From: an uncultured Chloroflexia bacterium
Lineage (GTDB): Bacteria; Chloroflexota; Limnocylindria; Limnocylindrales; CSP1-4
Length of the DNA stretch: 64,000 nt
Reading direction: 5' to 3'
NCBI GenBank assembly: GCA_963828165.1
Contig: CAWHDR010000001.1
Coordinates: 832,001 to 896,000 of the forward strand
Made by a program: the position numbers and the translations under genes. The notes under the pieces were generated by a model, which saw only the letters and a program-made list of their open reading frames with translations, was not told the origin of the DNA and ran no database searches. Shown in pieces: positions 9,327-19,089 of this stretch; position 1 is the stretch's first letter, and each line of letters opens with the position of its first letter.

Positions 9327-12300
9327 TCAGACGACGGGCTGGCTCGGGTCCGCTGTCGCTCGTGACACGCTCAACGAGGCGACCGCTGCCGGACCGAGCG
9401 GCACGGCCGGCCGATCGGGTTCGATCGTCGCCGCGACGACCGGTGCGACCGGCTCGACCAACCAGAACGCCGAGGTCGGGGCGTCCAGCCCCAGGATCTG
9501 CCGTCCCAGGGCCGAGCCGGCTGAGGCGTGGTCCTCGAGCAACGCGCGCAGCTCGACCAGCCGCTCGGGGCCGTCGGGACGATCCGCGACGACGCCCGAG
9601 AGTCGGACGGCCGCCACGCTGTCCGCGTGCAGCGCCGCCACGTGGCGGCCACTCGGGTCGTACAGGTACGCCCGCCCGCCGGTCATCCCGGCCCCGAAGT
9701 TCGCCCCGACCGGGCCGAGCACCACGACCGTGCCGCCGGTCATGTACTCGCAGCCGTGCGGGCCGATCCCTTCGACGACCGCTTCGGCGCCGCTGTTGCG
9801 CACCGCGAACCGCATCCCGGCACGTCCGACGAGATGCAATCGCCCGGCGGTGGCGCCGTACAGGACGGTGTTACCGGCGATCGCCTCACCGGCCGCCGCC
9901 ACCGGCAGGTCGGGCTCAGGCGCGATCGTGATCCGACCGCCGGACAGACCCTTGCCCACATAGTCGTTGGCCTGGCCGACGAGCCGGAGCTCGATGCCCG
10001 GACCCGAGAAGGCGCCGAACGACTGCCCCGCGGCCCCGCGCAGCTCCAGGCGGACCGGTCCGCGTAGTTCCCCGCGCTCGAGCGCGCCGGTGAGCCCGGC
10101 GCCGAAGGAGCGGTCGGCCGTCGTCAGTCGTAGTCCGCCGACCGTGACCGGGCCCTGGTCTCGGAACGCCGCCGCGATGCGCGTCTCGAGTGGTGATGCG
10201 GGTGCGTGGCGCGCGAGCCGCGTCGGGAGGCCCGGATCGGCCCGCCGCGCCGCATCCGCGCCCCACGACGAGGCGCCGGTCACCGGGGCGAGCTCGGCCC
10301 GGGCAGCCGGCACCGGTCGGAGGAGCCGCCGGCTTTCGCCGACGATCTCGCCGACGGATCGGGCGCCGACGGCCGCCAGCTCCCGTCGGAGGTCCTCGGC
10401 CACGGCGAGGAAGTACCGCTCGACCATCTCGGGGGTGCCGGCGAATTTCGCGCGGAGGTCCTCGCGCTGCGTCGCGATGCCGGTCGGGCACGTGTCGAGG
10501 TGGCACTGGCGGGCCATGTCGCACCCGACCGCCACGAGCGCCGCGGTCCCGAAGGCGAACTCCTCGGCGCCGAGCAGGGCCGCCACGAGCAGGTCACGAC
10601 CCGTCTGCAGGCCGCCGTCGGTTCGCAGCGCGACTCGGTCGCGCAGGTCGTTGCGCAGCAGGACCTGGTGGACCTCCGCGAGACCCAGCTCCCACGGGGC
10701 GCCGACGTGCTTGATCGAGCTGAGCGGCGACGCCCCGGTCCCGCCTGCATGCCCCGACAGGTGGATGTACGTCGCGCCGGCCTTGGCCACGCCCGCAGCG
10801 ACCGTGCCGACCCCCCGGTTGGCAACCAGCTTGACCCCGACACGCGCCGTCGGGTTGATCGCTCGCAGGTCGGCGATGAGCTGAGCGAGGTCCTCGATCG
10901 AGTAGATGTCGTGATGGGGCGGCGGACTGATGTAGCTCTGGCCGGCCTGGCCGCGCCGAAGGGCCGCGATGTAGGCCGTCGCCTTCCGCCCCGGAAGCTG
11001 GCCGCCCTCGCCGGGCTTGGACCCTTGCGAGATCTTGATCTCGAGCTGGTCGGCCCGGGCCAGGTACGTCGCCGTCACGCCGAATCGGGCCGAGGCGACC
11101 TGCTTGATACGCGCGTCGTGGCGCCGGCCATCCGGTCCCGGCAGGTACCAGGCGGGATCCTCGCCGCCTTCGCCGGTGTTCGCGGCCCCGCCAGCGCGCT
11201 GGATCCCGATCGTCAGCGCCTGGTGCGCCTCCGGGCTCAGTGCGCCCACGCTCATCGCCGACACGACGAAGCGACGGGCGATCCCGCGCGCGTCCTCGAC
11301 CTGATCGAGCGCCAGCGGGACGGACGAGCGGCGCACGCGGAGCTCGTCGCGGGGGACTGCCGGGGCATCCGCGGCGCGACCCAGGGCATTCCGGTAGCGC
11401 GTGAGCGCGGCATCCACCGACGCGGCGGCGGCCTCGCCGTCGATCGACCCGGACAGCACCTGGATCTCCTTGGCGATCCCGGGTGAGAAGAGATGCGCCT
11501 CGCCGTCGGCCCGGAAGCGCGCCCAGCCCGGGTCCGGCAGGCGCGGCTCGCGGCCGGCGGAGGTCGGCGGCAGGGCCACGGCCGCCGCCCGACGACGCAG
11601 GCCGCGTTCGCCGAGGTCGGCCAGCGTCGTCCGGCCGGGCCACGCCGCCGCGTTGGGGAAACAGCGCGCGATGACATCGGGTGCCAGGTCGACGGTGTCG
11701 ATGAGCGTCCCGCCGATGTAGCTCGCGACCGCGCTGATGCCCATCCGCGCGAGGGTCTTGCGCAGGCCCGCCTCGAAGGCGGCGACGAGGTTCCCGATCG
11801 CCGCGGCGGGAGTGACGGTCTCAGCGCCGCGCGTCCCCGCCAGCTCCGCAGCCAGCTCGATGGCGAGTCGCGGGTGAGCGGCCGTGGCACCGACCGCGAG
11901 GGCCATCGCCATCGAATGCACGTCGAGGATATCCGCGGCATCCACGACGATGTCCGTTCGCCCGCGCAGGCCGGCGTCGGTGAGGGCGGTGTGGATGGCG
12001 CCCGCGGCCAGGATCGACGGGACGGGCAAGCGATCGACCGTCAGCGCGGCATCGCTGACGACCAGGACTTCCACGCCCGACTCCGCGGCGCGCACCGCCG
12101 CGGTGGCGAGTGTCTCGAGCGTGCCGGCCAGGCGCGCCGCGCCAGCCGAGGCGGGCCAGGTCGCATCGAGCGTGCGAACGCGCATCCCGCGAGCCTCGAG
12201 GGCCACGGACAGACCCGGAAGGTCGGCGACGATCGGCCGCTCCAGGCGGAGCGTCCGTGGCCCGCGCGGCGGGCCGCCGAGCAGCGCCGGGCGGCGACCC

Positions 12301-13934
12301 AGCTCGACGCGAAGGTCCATGACGACCCGTTCGCGTTCGGGGTCGATCGCCGGATTGGTGACCTGGGCGAAGGCCTGGCGGAGGTGATCGGCGATCGGCC
12401 GGTCCAGGCGGCCGCGCCCGGCCGTCGGCGTGTCGTCGCCCATGCTCCAGAGCGGCTCGTGGGCCTCGAGCACCATCGTCTTGATATCGAGCCGCGCTCG
12501 CTCGGCGTCGAGCCCGGCGAGATAGCGGGCGGCGTGGTCGAGCGGAGGACGCTGCTCCACGGCGCTCGCCGCCGCCTCAGGCGTGTCCTCGTGCAGGGCC
12601 CGGGGCTGGTCGTGGATCGGCAGGTGGCGCAGAGCCCAGGCCTTCGCGTCGGTGTCCTCGAGGATGGTCCGCCGGCCGGGCTCCACCAGCAGCAGTTCGC
12701 CGGGCCCCAGGCGGCCGCGGCGGATGGTCTCCGACGCGGGGAACGGCACGGCCCCGGCCTCCGACGCCACCGCCACCAGCCGGTCGCAGTTCACGGCGAA
12801 GGCCGCCGGGCGAAGACCATTGCGATCGATGAGCGCCCCGACGCGCTTCCCGTCACCGAAGACGATCGCGGCGGGGCCGTCCCACGGGGCCAGCATCCCG
12901 GCGGTCCGTCGACGCAGCGTGGCGACATGGGGATGCGGCGCACGTCGGAGGGCAAGCGCCTCCGGGATCGCGGCCAACAACGCCGGCGTGAGGCCCCAGC
13001 CGGTCGTCGTCAGCAGCTCCAGGCCCTCGTCGAGCGACAACGAATCGGAGCCGTCCGGCGACAGCAGCGGGCCCGCGTCGATCAGGTCGGCGGCGATCGG
13101 ACGGGCCCCGCGGTCACGCGCGCGCCCGCGGACCTGCTCGCGGTTCCCGCGGACGGTGTTGATCTCGCCGTTGTGCGCGATCGAGCGGAACGGCTGGGCC
13201 AGACGCCAGACCGGATGCGTGTTCGTCGCGTAGCGCTGATGGAAGATCGCGTAGCCGAGCTCGACCGGCGCCAGCAGGTCCGGGTACAGCTCGGCCAGGC
13301 GGCCACCAGCGACGAGGCCCTTGTAGACGATCGTCCGGCACGACGCGGACGGCACCGACAGCTCGGCCGCGGCCCCGCCGGCTTCCCTGGCCGCCGTCTC
13401 CAGACGACGTCGGGCGACGACGAGCCGGCGTTCGAAGGCATCGTCGGTGATGGGCCGCGGGTCGTCGGCGCCGCGCAAGGGACGGGCGACGAAGGCCTGC
13501 GCGACGGTCGGACGGGACGAGGCGGCCGCGGCGCCCAGCGCGGCGGGCTCCACAGGCACGATCCGCCAGGCCGCGATCGGGAGCTCCGCGGCCGCGAAGA
13601 CGCGCTCCACGAGTGTGCGCGCGGCGCGGCCCCCGACACGACCCCTGGGCAGGAACAGCATCACGACGGCCGGGCGCTCCCCGGCGGAGGACGGACCGAA
13701 CGACTCGAGGAGCGATGGGTCGAGCGGCAGCGAGACGCCGGCTCCGTCGCTCGATTCGCCGTCCGCCCCGAACGCTCCGCGATGGGCGAGCGCCGCGAGC
13801 CCGGCGAGCGCGAGTGGGAGGACCCGCGCCCGCGATCGGCCGCCCGCGTCCGCCACGAAGCCCACGCCGCAAGCGTCGTGCTCGAACCGTTCGTCGTAGA
13901 GCGGAGTGGCGGAACGTGATCGGTGCGGTGGCAT
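9327..13934 (-). CDS. gltB: Glutamate synthase large subunit
   Basis: HDA|CGVG N-terminal nucleophile, HNGEINT, QVTNP, IKQVASARFG, QGSKPGEGGQL, CDMARQCHLDTCP (3Fe-4S) and GCEYMTGG; ATG 13934 with GGAGG. Confidence 0.97.
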   Translation of the reverse strand: MPPHRSRSATPLYDERFEHDACGVGFVADAGGRSRARVLPLALAGLAALAHRGAFGADGESSDGAGVSLPLDPSLLESFGPSSAGERPAVVMLFLPRGRVGGRAARTLVERVFAAAELPIAAWRIVPVEPAALGAAAASSRPTVAQAFVARPLRGADDPRPITDDAFERRLVVARRRLETAAREAGGAAAELSVPSASCRTIVYKGLVAGGRLAELYPDLLAPVELGYAIFHQRYATNTHPVWRLAQPFRSIAHNGEINTVRGNREQVRGRARDRGARPIAADLIDAGPLLSPDGSDSLSLDEGLELLTTTGWGLTPALLAAIPEALALRRAPHPHVATLRRRTAGMLAPWDGPAAIVFGDGKRVGALIDRNGLRPAAFAVNCDRLVAVASEAGAVPFPASETIRRGRLGPGELLLVEPGRRTILEDTDAKAWALRHLPIHDQPRALHEDTPEAAASAVEQRPPLDHAARYLAGLDAERARLDIKTMVLEAHEPLWSMGDDTPTAGRGRLDRPIADHLRQAFAQVTNPAIDPERERVVMDLRVELGRRPALLGGPPRGPRTLRLERPIVADLPGLSVALEARGMRVRTLDATWPASAGAARLAGTLETLATAAVRAAESGVEVLVVSDAALTVDRLPVPSILAAGAIHTALTDAGLRGRTDIVVDAADILDVHSMAMALAVGATAAHPRLAIELAAELAGTRGAETVTPAAAIGNLVAAFEAGLRKTLARMGISAVASYIGGTLIDTVDLAPDVIARCFPNAAAWPGRTTLADLGERGLRRRAAAVALPPTSAGREPRLPDPGWARFRADGEAHLFSPGIAKEIQVLSGSIDGEAAAASVDAALTRYRNALGRAADAPAVPRDELRVRRSSVPLALDQVEDARGIARRFVVSAMSVGALSPEAHQALTIGIQRAGGAANTGEGGEDPAWYLPGPDGRRHDARIKQVASARFGVTATYLARADQLEIKISQGSKPGEGGQLPGRKATAYIAALRRGQAGQSYISPPPHHDIYSIEDLAQLIADLRAINPTARVGVKLVANRGVGTVAAGVAKAGATYIHLSGHAGGTGASPLSSIKHVGAPWELGLAEVHQVLLRNDLRDRVALRTDGGLQTGRDLLVAALLGAEEFAFGTAALVAVGCDMARQCHLDTCPTGIATQREDLRAKFAGTPEMVERYFLAVAEDLRRELAAVGARSVGEIVGESRRLLRPVPAARAELAPVTGASSWGADAARRADPGLPTRLARHAPASPLETRIAAAFRDQGPVTVGGLRLTTADRSFGAGLTGALERGELRGPVRLELRGAAGQSFGAFSGPGIELRLVGQANDYVGKGLSGGRITIAPEPDLPVAAAGEAIAGNTVLYGATAGRLHLVGRAGMRFAVRNSGAEAVVEGIGPHGCEYMTGGTVVVLGPVGANFGAGMTGGRAYLYDPSGRHVAALHADSVAAVRLSGVVADRPDGPERLVELRALLEDHASAGSALGRQILGLDAPTSAFWLVEPVAPVVAATIEPDRPAVPLGPAAVASLSVSRATADPSQPVV

Positions 13935-13975
13935 CGGCTGCCTCCGGGGGAGCGTTGCGATGGGGACGGAGCTAC

Positions 13976-14014
13976 GGCCCATCGGGATCAGGAAGGCGGA
14001 GATCCCGATCGGCC
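13976..14014. terminator. Stem-loop between amt and gltB
   Basis: ATCGGGATC-N11-GATCCCGAT, extendable by GGCC arms. Confidence 0.4.
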
Positions 14015-14029
14015 GGAAAGCCCGCGGCG

Positions 14030-15250
14030 TCAGGACTGGTAGGCGGCCTCGCCGTGCGTCGCGAGGTCGATCCCCATCTCCTCATCGGTGGCCGAGACGC
14101 GGATCCCGAGGATCACGTCAACGACCTTCACGATGACGAAGGTCGAGATGACGGCGAAGGTGACCGTGGCCCCGACGGCGATGAGCTGGTAGACGAGCTG
14201 CTGGCCGTTGCCCTCGAGCAGGCCGGTGTAGGCCTCCTGGACGGCGGCCGTCGCAAAGACGCCGGTCGCGACCGCACCGAAGATGCCACCGACGCCGTGG
14301 ACCGCGAAGACATCGAGCGCGTCGTCGATCTTGAGACGCGAGCGCAGCAACGTGGCGCTGTAGCACAGGCCGCCGACAACGAGGCCGATGAACAGGGCCC
14401 CACTGACCCCGACGAAGCCCGAGGCGGGCGTGATCGCGACGAGACCGGCGACCGCACCGCACGCGGCGCCGACGACACTGACCTTGCCCTTGTGGAGATA
14501 GCTCGCAAGGACCCAGGTGATCGTGGCGGCCGCAGCGGCCGTGTTGGTCACCATGAAGGCATTCGCGGCGAGGCCGTTGGCCGCCACGGCGGATCCGGCG
14601 TTGAAGCCGAACCAGCCGAACCACAGGAGGCCGGCACCAAGGACCGTCATCGGAACGTCGTGCGGCTCCATCGGCTCGCCGTTCACGGCGCGACGGCCGA
14701 TCAGGAGCGCGACGACGAGGGCCGAGACGCCCGAGCTGATGTGGACCACCGTGCCGCCGGCGAAGTCGAGCGCGCCCAGCTTGAAGAGCCAGCCGTCGGC
14801 CGACCAGACCCAATGGGCCAGCGGTGAGTACACGAAGATCGACCACAGGAGGGTGAAGAGCACGAACGCGCTGAACCGCTTGCGCTCGGCGAACGCACCG
14901 GTGATGAGGGCTGGCGTGATGGCCGCGAACATGAGCTGGAATGCGGCGAACAACACGAACGGGACGGTCGTCGCGTAGGTGTCGGACGGCTCGAGGCCGA
15001 CGTTGTTGAAGAACGCGAAGTCGAGCCCGCCGATCAGGCCGAGCCCACCGATGTCAGGCCCAAAGGCCAGGCTGAATCCGACGATGACCCAGACGACGCT
15101 GACCAGCGCGAGGCCGAAGAAGCTGTGCATGATCGTCGAGAGGACGTTCTTGCGACGCACGAGGCCGCCGTAGAACAGCGCCAGGCCCGGCAGCATGATC
15201 ATGACCAGGGCCGTGGACATCAAGAGCCAGGCGGTATCTCCGGTATCCAT
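14030..15250 (-). CDS. amt: Ammonium transporter
   Basis: MDTGDTAW, FQLMFA, DFAGGTVVH, WFGWFGFNAGS and DVFAVHG (twin-His conserved). Confidence 0.97.
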   Translation of the reverse strand: MDTGDTAWLLMSTALVMIMLPGLALFYGGLVRRKNVLSTIMHSFFGLALVSVVWVIVGFSLAFGPDIGGLGLIGGLDFAFFNNVGLEPSDTYATTVPFVLFAAFQLMFAAITPALITGAFAERKRFSAFVLFTLLWSIFVYSPLAHWVWSADGWLFKLGALDFAGGTVVHISSGVSALVVALLIGRRAVNGEPMEPHDVPMTVLGAGLLWFGWFGFNAGSAVAANGLAANAFMVTNTAAAAATITWVLASYLHKGKVSVVGAACGAVAGLVAITPASGFVGVSGALFIGLVVGGLCYSATLLRSRLKIDDALDVFAVHGVGGIFGAVATGVFATAAVQEAYTGLLEGNGQQLVYQLIAVGATVTFAVISTFVIVKVVDVILGIRVSATDEEMGIDLATHGEAAYQS

Positions 15251-15457
15251 CGATCGCACGTTCCTTCCAGCGCTGCAGCCATACCCGCGAGGAGCTCGTG
15301 CAGGGAAGGCTAGGGTGCGAGGCGGTCGTGGTCGGGGACCCCGGCAGGGCTGACAAGGTGTCGGTTGGGGGACGAAGCGGGTTGCGACGGCCCGATTCGT
15401 TGCGAACCGGGTGCGGATCGAGCGCGGGACGTCCGGAAGCCGGTCGCGATCCGAGGG

Positions 15458-15964
15458 TCAGCCGGGTTCGCTGGGTCGACGCAGCGACGTGGCCACGAGC
15501 AGGATGCCGAGGCCGACGAGGACGAGTGGCCAGAACCAGTCGAAGTCGATCTGGGGCAGGAATTCGCGGGCCAGGAAGAAGCCACCGAGGATGATCAGGA
15601 ACCCACCGAGGATGACGGACGCGGGGAACGTGCTGCGGCCTCCGCCGGACGCGCGGCGGGCTGCGGCGCGGGCCTCGCGGGCGCCCAGCCTGGCAGCCGC
15701 CGGATCGGTTGGAGGTGTCCAGTCCGCTCCGGCGCCCGGTGGTGGCGTCGTGACGAGCGCCTGCCCATCAGCGGACACAGCGGGCTCTTCCGGGACCACC
15801 AGGGCCATCACGATGTACACGAGCAGGGCAATGCCGCCGGTGAAGATGACGAGGAGCGCCCAGATGACCCGGACGAGCGACGGGTCGGCGCCCCACATCT
15901 CGGACAGGCCGCCGGCCACCCCGGCCAGCATCCGGTCATCCCGCGAGCGATACAGACGGTCCAT
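15458..15964 (-). CDS. PspC-domain membrane protein
   Basis: RLYRSRDDRMLAGVAGGL...YIVMALVVP; C-terminal WPLVLVGLG helix; AGGAG RBS. Confidence 0.88.
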   Translation of the reverse strand: MDRLYRSRDDRMLAGVAGGLSEMWGADPSLVRVIWALLVIFTGGIALLVYIVMALVVPEEPAVSADGQALVTTPPPGAGADWTPPTDPAAARLGAREARAAARRASGGGRSTFPASVILGGFLIILGGFFLAREFLPQIDFDWFWPLVLVGLGILLVATSLRRPSEPG

Positions 15965-16125
15965 CGGTCTCCTGAGCGCCGGGTGTTCGGCCCGCGACCC
16001 TCCCTCCGAGGATAACAGGCCGGTCACGCTCCTCCGCCCCTCGGCAGCCGACATCGCAAGCGGGTTGCAACGGCGATGTTCCGGTCCGATGCGACCGGTG
16101 CGGACGGCGTGCGGATACTGGGTCG

Positions 16126-16299
16126 ATGTTGAGCCAAGGCCTGCGCTTCCTGCTGCTGCGCTTCCTGCCCCGCCGCGTGCTGCCGATCCTGACAGCCATC
16201 GAGATCTTCCGACTGGTCCAGCGCCTGCGCCGGCGCGGCCCGGAGCCCGTCGCGCCGCGACGGATCGTCACGGCGGATCCTCCCGATCGGACACCCTAG
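16126..16299 (+). CDS. Small hypothetical protein (57 aa, not in the ORF track)
   Basis: MLSQGLRFLLLRFLPRRVLPILTAIEIFRLVQRLRRRGPEP...; GATACT -10-like box just upstream. Confidence 0.5.
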   Translation: MLSQGLRFLLLRFLPRRVLPILTAIEIFRLVQRLRRRGPEPVAPRRIVTADPPDRTP

Positions 16300-16330
16300 C
16301 CGCCGTCCGCGACCCCGGATCGGGCTCGGC

Positions 16331-16783
16331 TCAGGACGTCGCGACCGGCCGTCGGAGGTCGGCGCTGCCGTCGCCCTCGCCCGTCCACCAGTCGGCATGC
16401 TCCGCATCCAGGCGGATCAGCGCGACGTTCGGGTCTCCGGGACCGTTCGGGAACCAGCGCTCGAGTTCCGGGAGCCAGTACTGCTCCTTGAGCTCCGAGT
16501 CGGTCTCGATCGTCGCGCGGCCGCTGATCGAGATGAAGTCGTAGGTCTCTCCGGCGCGATAGCCAGCCACCGCTTGCGGATGGGCCTGCAGCTCGGCGAC
16601 GAGCCGGCTGTCGCGGGGAGCGAAGAACCAGGATGTTCCCTCCCACTCCACCTGGCCGTTGTTCGACATGGGCCGAGTGTGGAGCTGACCGCTGTCCCCG
16701 CTCGTGGTGAACAGACAGATATCGATCTTCTTGATCAGGGCGGCGACCTCGGGGATGGCCTCGCGGCCGGATGTGTCGGTCAT
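16331..16783 (-). CDS. General stress protein 26 / PNPOx-like FMN-binding split-barrel protein
   Basis: LHTRPM, WFF, ISISGRA and WFPNGPGDP; GGAAG RBS. Confidence 0.85.
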   Translation of the reverse strand: MTDTSGREAIPEVAALIKKIDICLFTTSGDSGQLHTRPMSNNGQVEWEGTSWFFAPRDSRLVAELQAHPQAVAGYRAGETYDFISISGRATIETDSELKEQYWLPELERWFPNGPGDPNVALIRLDAEHADWWTGEGDGSADLRRPVATS

Positions 16784-16954
16784 GGCGGTCTTCCTTCGGC
16801 TCGGGAGGGAGTGGGACACCTACTCTGGGCGAGAGCCGGTCGATCGAGGCACGACGCGACGGCCGAAATCGCTGCAGGACTGTTTCATTCGCGCCGGCGA
16901 TCGCGGGTCACGGCGACGTCGGATGCAAACCCGAGGTGGCTGCCGACCGTGCGG

Positions 16955-17644
16955 TCAATGAGCGTCGGCGCCGGCATGGCCATGCGGAGCGTCGGCCGGG
17001 TCGGGCTGACCCGAGTCGGTTTCAGCTCCGGGATGCGCGCGCGAGCCGTGGCCGTGGCCCTGGCCCTGGCCGTGGCCCTGGCCCTGGCCGTGGCCGTGGC
17101 CGGCTAGAGCGTCTGCCACCGCAAGCGAGGTGGCGAGCGCCACCACGGCGATCCCGACGACGAGCACAGAGGCGGCCACCGCGCTCGAGCGCGCCGCCGG
17201 ACGGCGACGGATTCGCCCCCGGCTCGTGAGGCGGGCGATCAACGCCGCGACGAGTACGACCTGGAGTCCGACGGTCGTGCCATCCGCGAGGCCGACGGGT
17301 TCAGGACCGCCCGGGATCGTCGGTAGGCCGACCGTCCGCGACCAGACCCACGCGCCGATGAGGGCGAGATTGACCGCGACGGCGACGCGCGCGAGCTGGC
17401 GGGACCCGGGATGGGCCAGGAATGCCGCCGCGAAGGTGATTTGGAAGAGCGCGGCCCAGTAGAACCCGAGAGACAGGTCCCCCAGTAACTCCATGTGGCT
17501 CGGCGCTGCCGCAAGGTGGATCGCCCCGGCGCCCACCGAGAGGCTCGCCGTAGCGATCGTCTCCAGGCGGGTCGAATCGCCGAAACTGGTCCCGCGGACG
17601 CGGGCGATCGGCGGGAGGGTGGCGGTTGCCTTGACGGGATACAT
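16955..17644 (-). CDS. Membrane protein with a His/Gly/Gln-rich tail
   Basis: AGAIH...H first helices, WSRTVGLP...PE motif and GHGHGQGQGHGQGQGHGHG tail. Confidence 0.7.
   Translation of the reverse strand: MYPVKATATLPPIARVRGTSFGDSTRLETIATASLSVGAGAIHLAAAPSHMELLGDLSLGFYWAALFQITFAAAFLAHPGSRQLARVAVAVNLALIGAWVWSRTVGLPTIPGGPEPVGLADGTTVGLQVVLVAALIARLTSRGRIRRRPAARSSAVAASVLVVGIAVVALATSLAVADALAGHGHGQGQGHGQGQGHGHGSRAHPGAETDSGQPDPADAPHGHAGADAH
17046..17102. repeat. Hexamer tandem repeat (GGCCAC/GGCCAG on the minus strand) encoding GH/GQ
   Basis: ccgtgg/ccctgg units, about 9 copies. Confidence 0.8.
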
Positions 17645-17674
17645 GGTCGGAACGCCTGTCTGTGGACGCGAGAA

Positions 17675-17702
17675 GCGGTCGACGGGGGGAGCCGTCGACC
17701 GC
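17675..17702 (-). terminator. Intrinsic terminator-like hairpin
   Basis: GCGGTCGACGG-N6-CCGTCGACCGC followed by TTCT on the minus strand, downstream of the lipoprotein gene. Confidence 0.5.
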
Positions 17703-17718
17703 GAGGAACAGAAGGGGT

Positions 17719-18984
17719 CTAGTTGCCGAACGCGTCCGGCATCCTGGTGACGATGGCCTCGGAGAGGACGTCGCCGGTCGCCCACATGTGGGTGTAGCCC
17801 ATGCCCATCAGCTCGTAGGCTTTGGCGTAGTCGCCAGCCGCGTAGGCGTCGATGGAACCGGCCAGGTGCATGATGTGCGAGTCGAGCTCGGCCGACAGGA
17901 CATCGGCGGGAAGGTCGGTCGCCGAAGCCAGGAAGGCACCGAAGTCGCGCGAGTAGCCGGCGAGGTCCTCGCCCGCCTTGGTCTTCTTGGCGTCGTCCTT
18001 GGTGGCGGTGCCGACCGTGTAGTCGACGAAGAAGCCGATATGGGCGCGCCACAACTCGAGGAACGTGGTCTCGGCTTCGTCACCGAAGACCGATCCGATC
18101 GCGTCGCCGAGGGCGACGGTATTGGTCTCGAGCTGGCCGGCGGCTGCATCGAAGGCCTTGGAGCCCTCGAGGCCACGATGGGTGGCGTTCGAAGCGAGGA
18201 ACGCGTGCTCGCCGAGCGCGCTGTCCAGGGCGATCCGGAGATCGACGGCGGACTTGGTCGCTGCGTCCATGGCAGCGAACTTGTCAGGGAACTTGGCCGC
18301 GATCGCGTCGGCCAGGGTGCCACCGGTGGCGACCATGTGCTGGTACGCCATGTCCGTCAGCTCGTAGGCTTTGGCGTAGTCGCCAGCCGCGTAGGCGTCG
18401 ACGGAGCCCGCCAGGTGCGTGACGTGGTCGTTGAGCTCCGCTTCGAGGACGTCCGCGGGCAGATCCGTCGCGCCGGCCAGGAAGGCACCGAAGTCGCGCG
18501 AGTAGCCGGCGAGGTCCTCGCCCGCCTTGGTCTTCTTGGCGTCGTCCTTGGTGGCGGTGCCGACCGTGTAGTCGACGAAGAAGCCGATATGGGCGCGCCA
18601 CAACTCGAGGAACGTGGTCTCGGCTTCGTCACCGAAGACCGATCCGATCGCGTCGCCGAGGGCGACGGTGTTCGATTCCAGGGCCTCACCGGCAGCCTCG
18701 AAGTCCTTGCCACCCTCGAGTCCGCGATGGGTGGTGAGCGAGGCGAGCAGCGCGTGCTGCCCCAGGCCGCTCGCCAGCGCGTAGCGCAGGTCGGCGGACG
18801 GACTCTTGGTCGTGGGGGTCATCGCGTCGGGTGACGCGGAGGGGGCCATGCTCGGTTCGGTGGATGGGGCCATGGTGGGATCGACCGACGGCGCGGTCGT
18901 GGGTGTGGTGGCTCCGCCGCCGGTGCAGGCCGCGACGAGGATCGCGGTGCCGAGCGTGCTGAGCGCGAGGGTCCTGAGCTTCAC
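17719..18984 (-). CDS. Lipoprotein with two tandem His/Met-containing helical domains (LWRAHIGFFVDY type; putative copper binding)
   Basis: GTG 18984 with AGGAG; lipobox VAAC; PT/M linker; 183-aa internal repeat. Confidence 0.75.
   Translation of the reverse strand: MKLRTLALSTLGTAILVAACTGGGATTPTTAPSVDPTMAPSTEPSMAPSASPDAMTPTTKSPSADLRYALASGLGQHALLASLTTHRGLEGGKDFEAAGEALESNTVALGDAIGSVFGDEAETTFLELWRAHIGFFVDYTVGTATKDDAKKTKAGEDLAGYSRDFGAFLAGATDLPADVLEAELNDHVTHLAGSVDAYAAGDYAKAYELTDMAYQHMVATGGTLADAIAAKFPDKFAAMDAATKSAVDLRIALDSALGEHAFLASNATHRGLEGSKAFDAAAGQLETNTVALGDAIGSVFGDEAETTFLELWRAHIGFFVDYTVGTATKDDAKKTKAGEDLAGYSRDFGAFLASATDLPADVLSAELDSHIMHLAGSIDAYAAGDYAKAYELMGMGYTHMWATGDVLSEAIVTRMPDAFGN
17927..18669. 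repeat. Intragenic direct repeat with a 549-bp period
   Basis: 17927-18120 reads identical to 18476-18669; 17808-17852 matches 18357-18401. Confidence 0.9.
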
Positions 18985-19053
18985 GGGATCGAGTTCTCCT
19001 TTGCCTGGGGGCCGGTGTCCTGCGTCCGGTTGTGGCACGCGGAGGACGGCGGG

Positions 19054-19080
19054 GATACGGCCCCGACCCCGAAAGGGATG
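19054..19080 (-). promoter_or_regulatory. Putative ECF sigma promoter
   Basis: CATCC-N16-CGTATC upstream of the lipoprotein gene. Confidence 0.55.
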
Positions 19081-19089
19081 ACTTCGTGC

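Noticed and set aside
17808-18669. CRISPR or mobile-element repeat
   Set aside because: The repeats are in-frame coding duplications with no spacers or cas genes.
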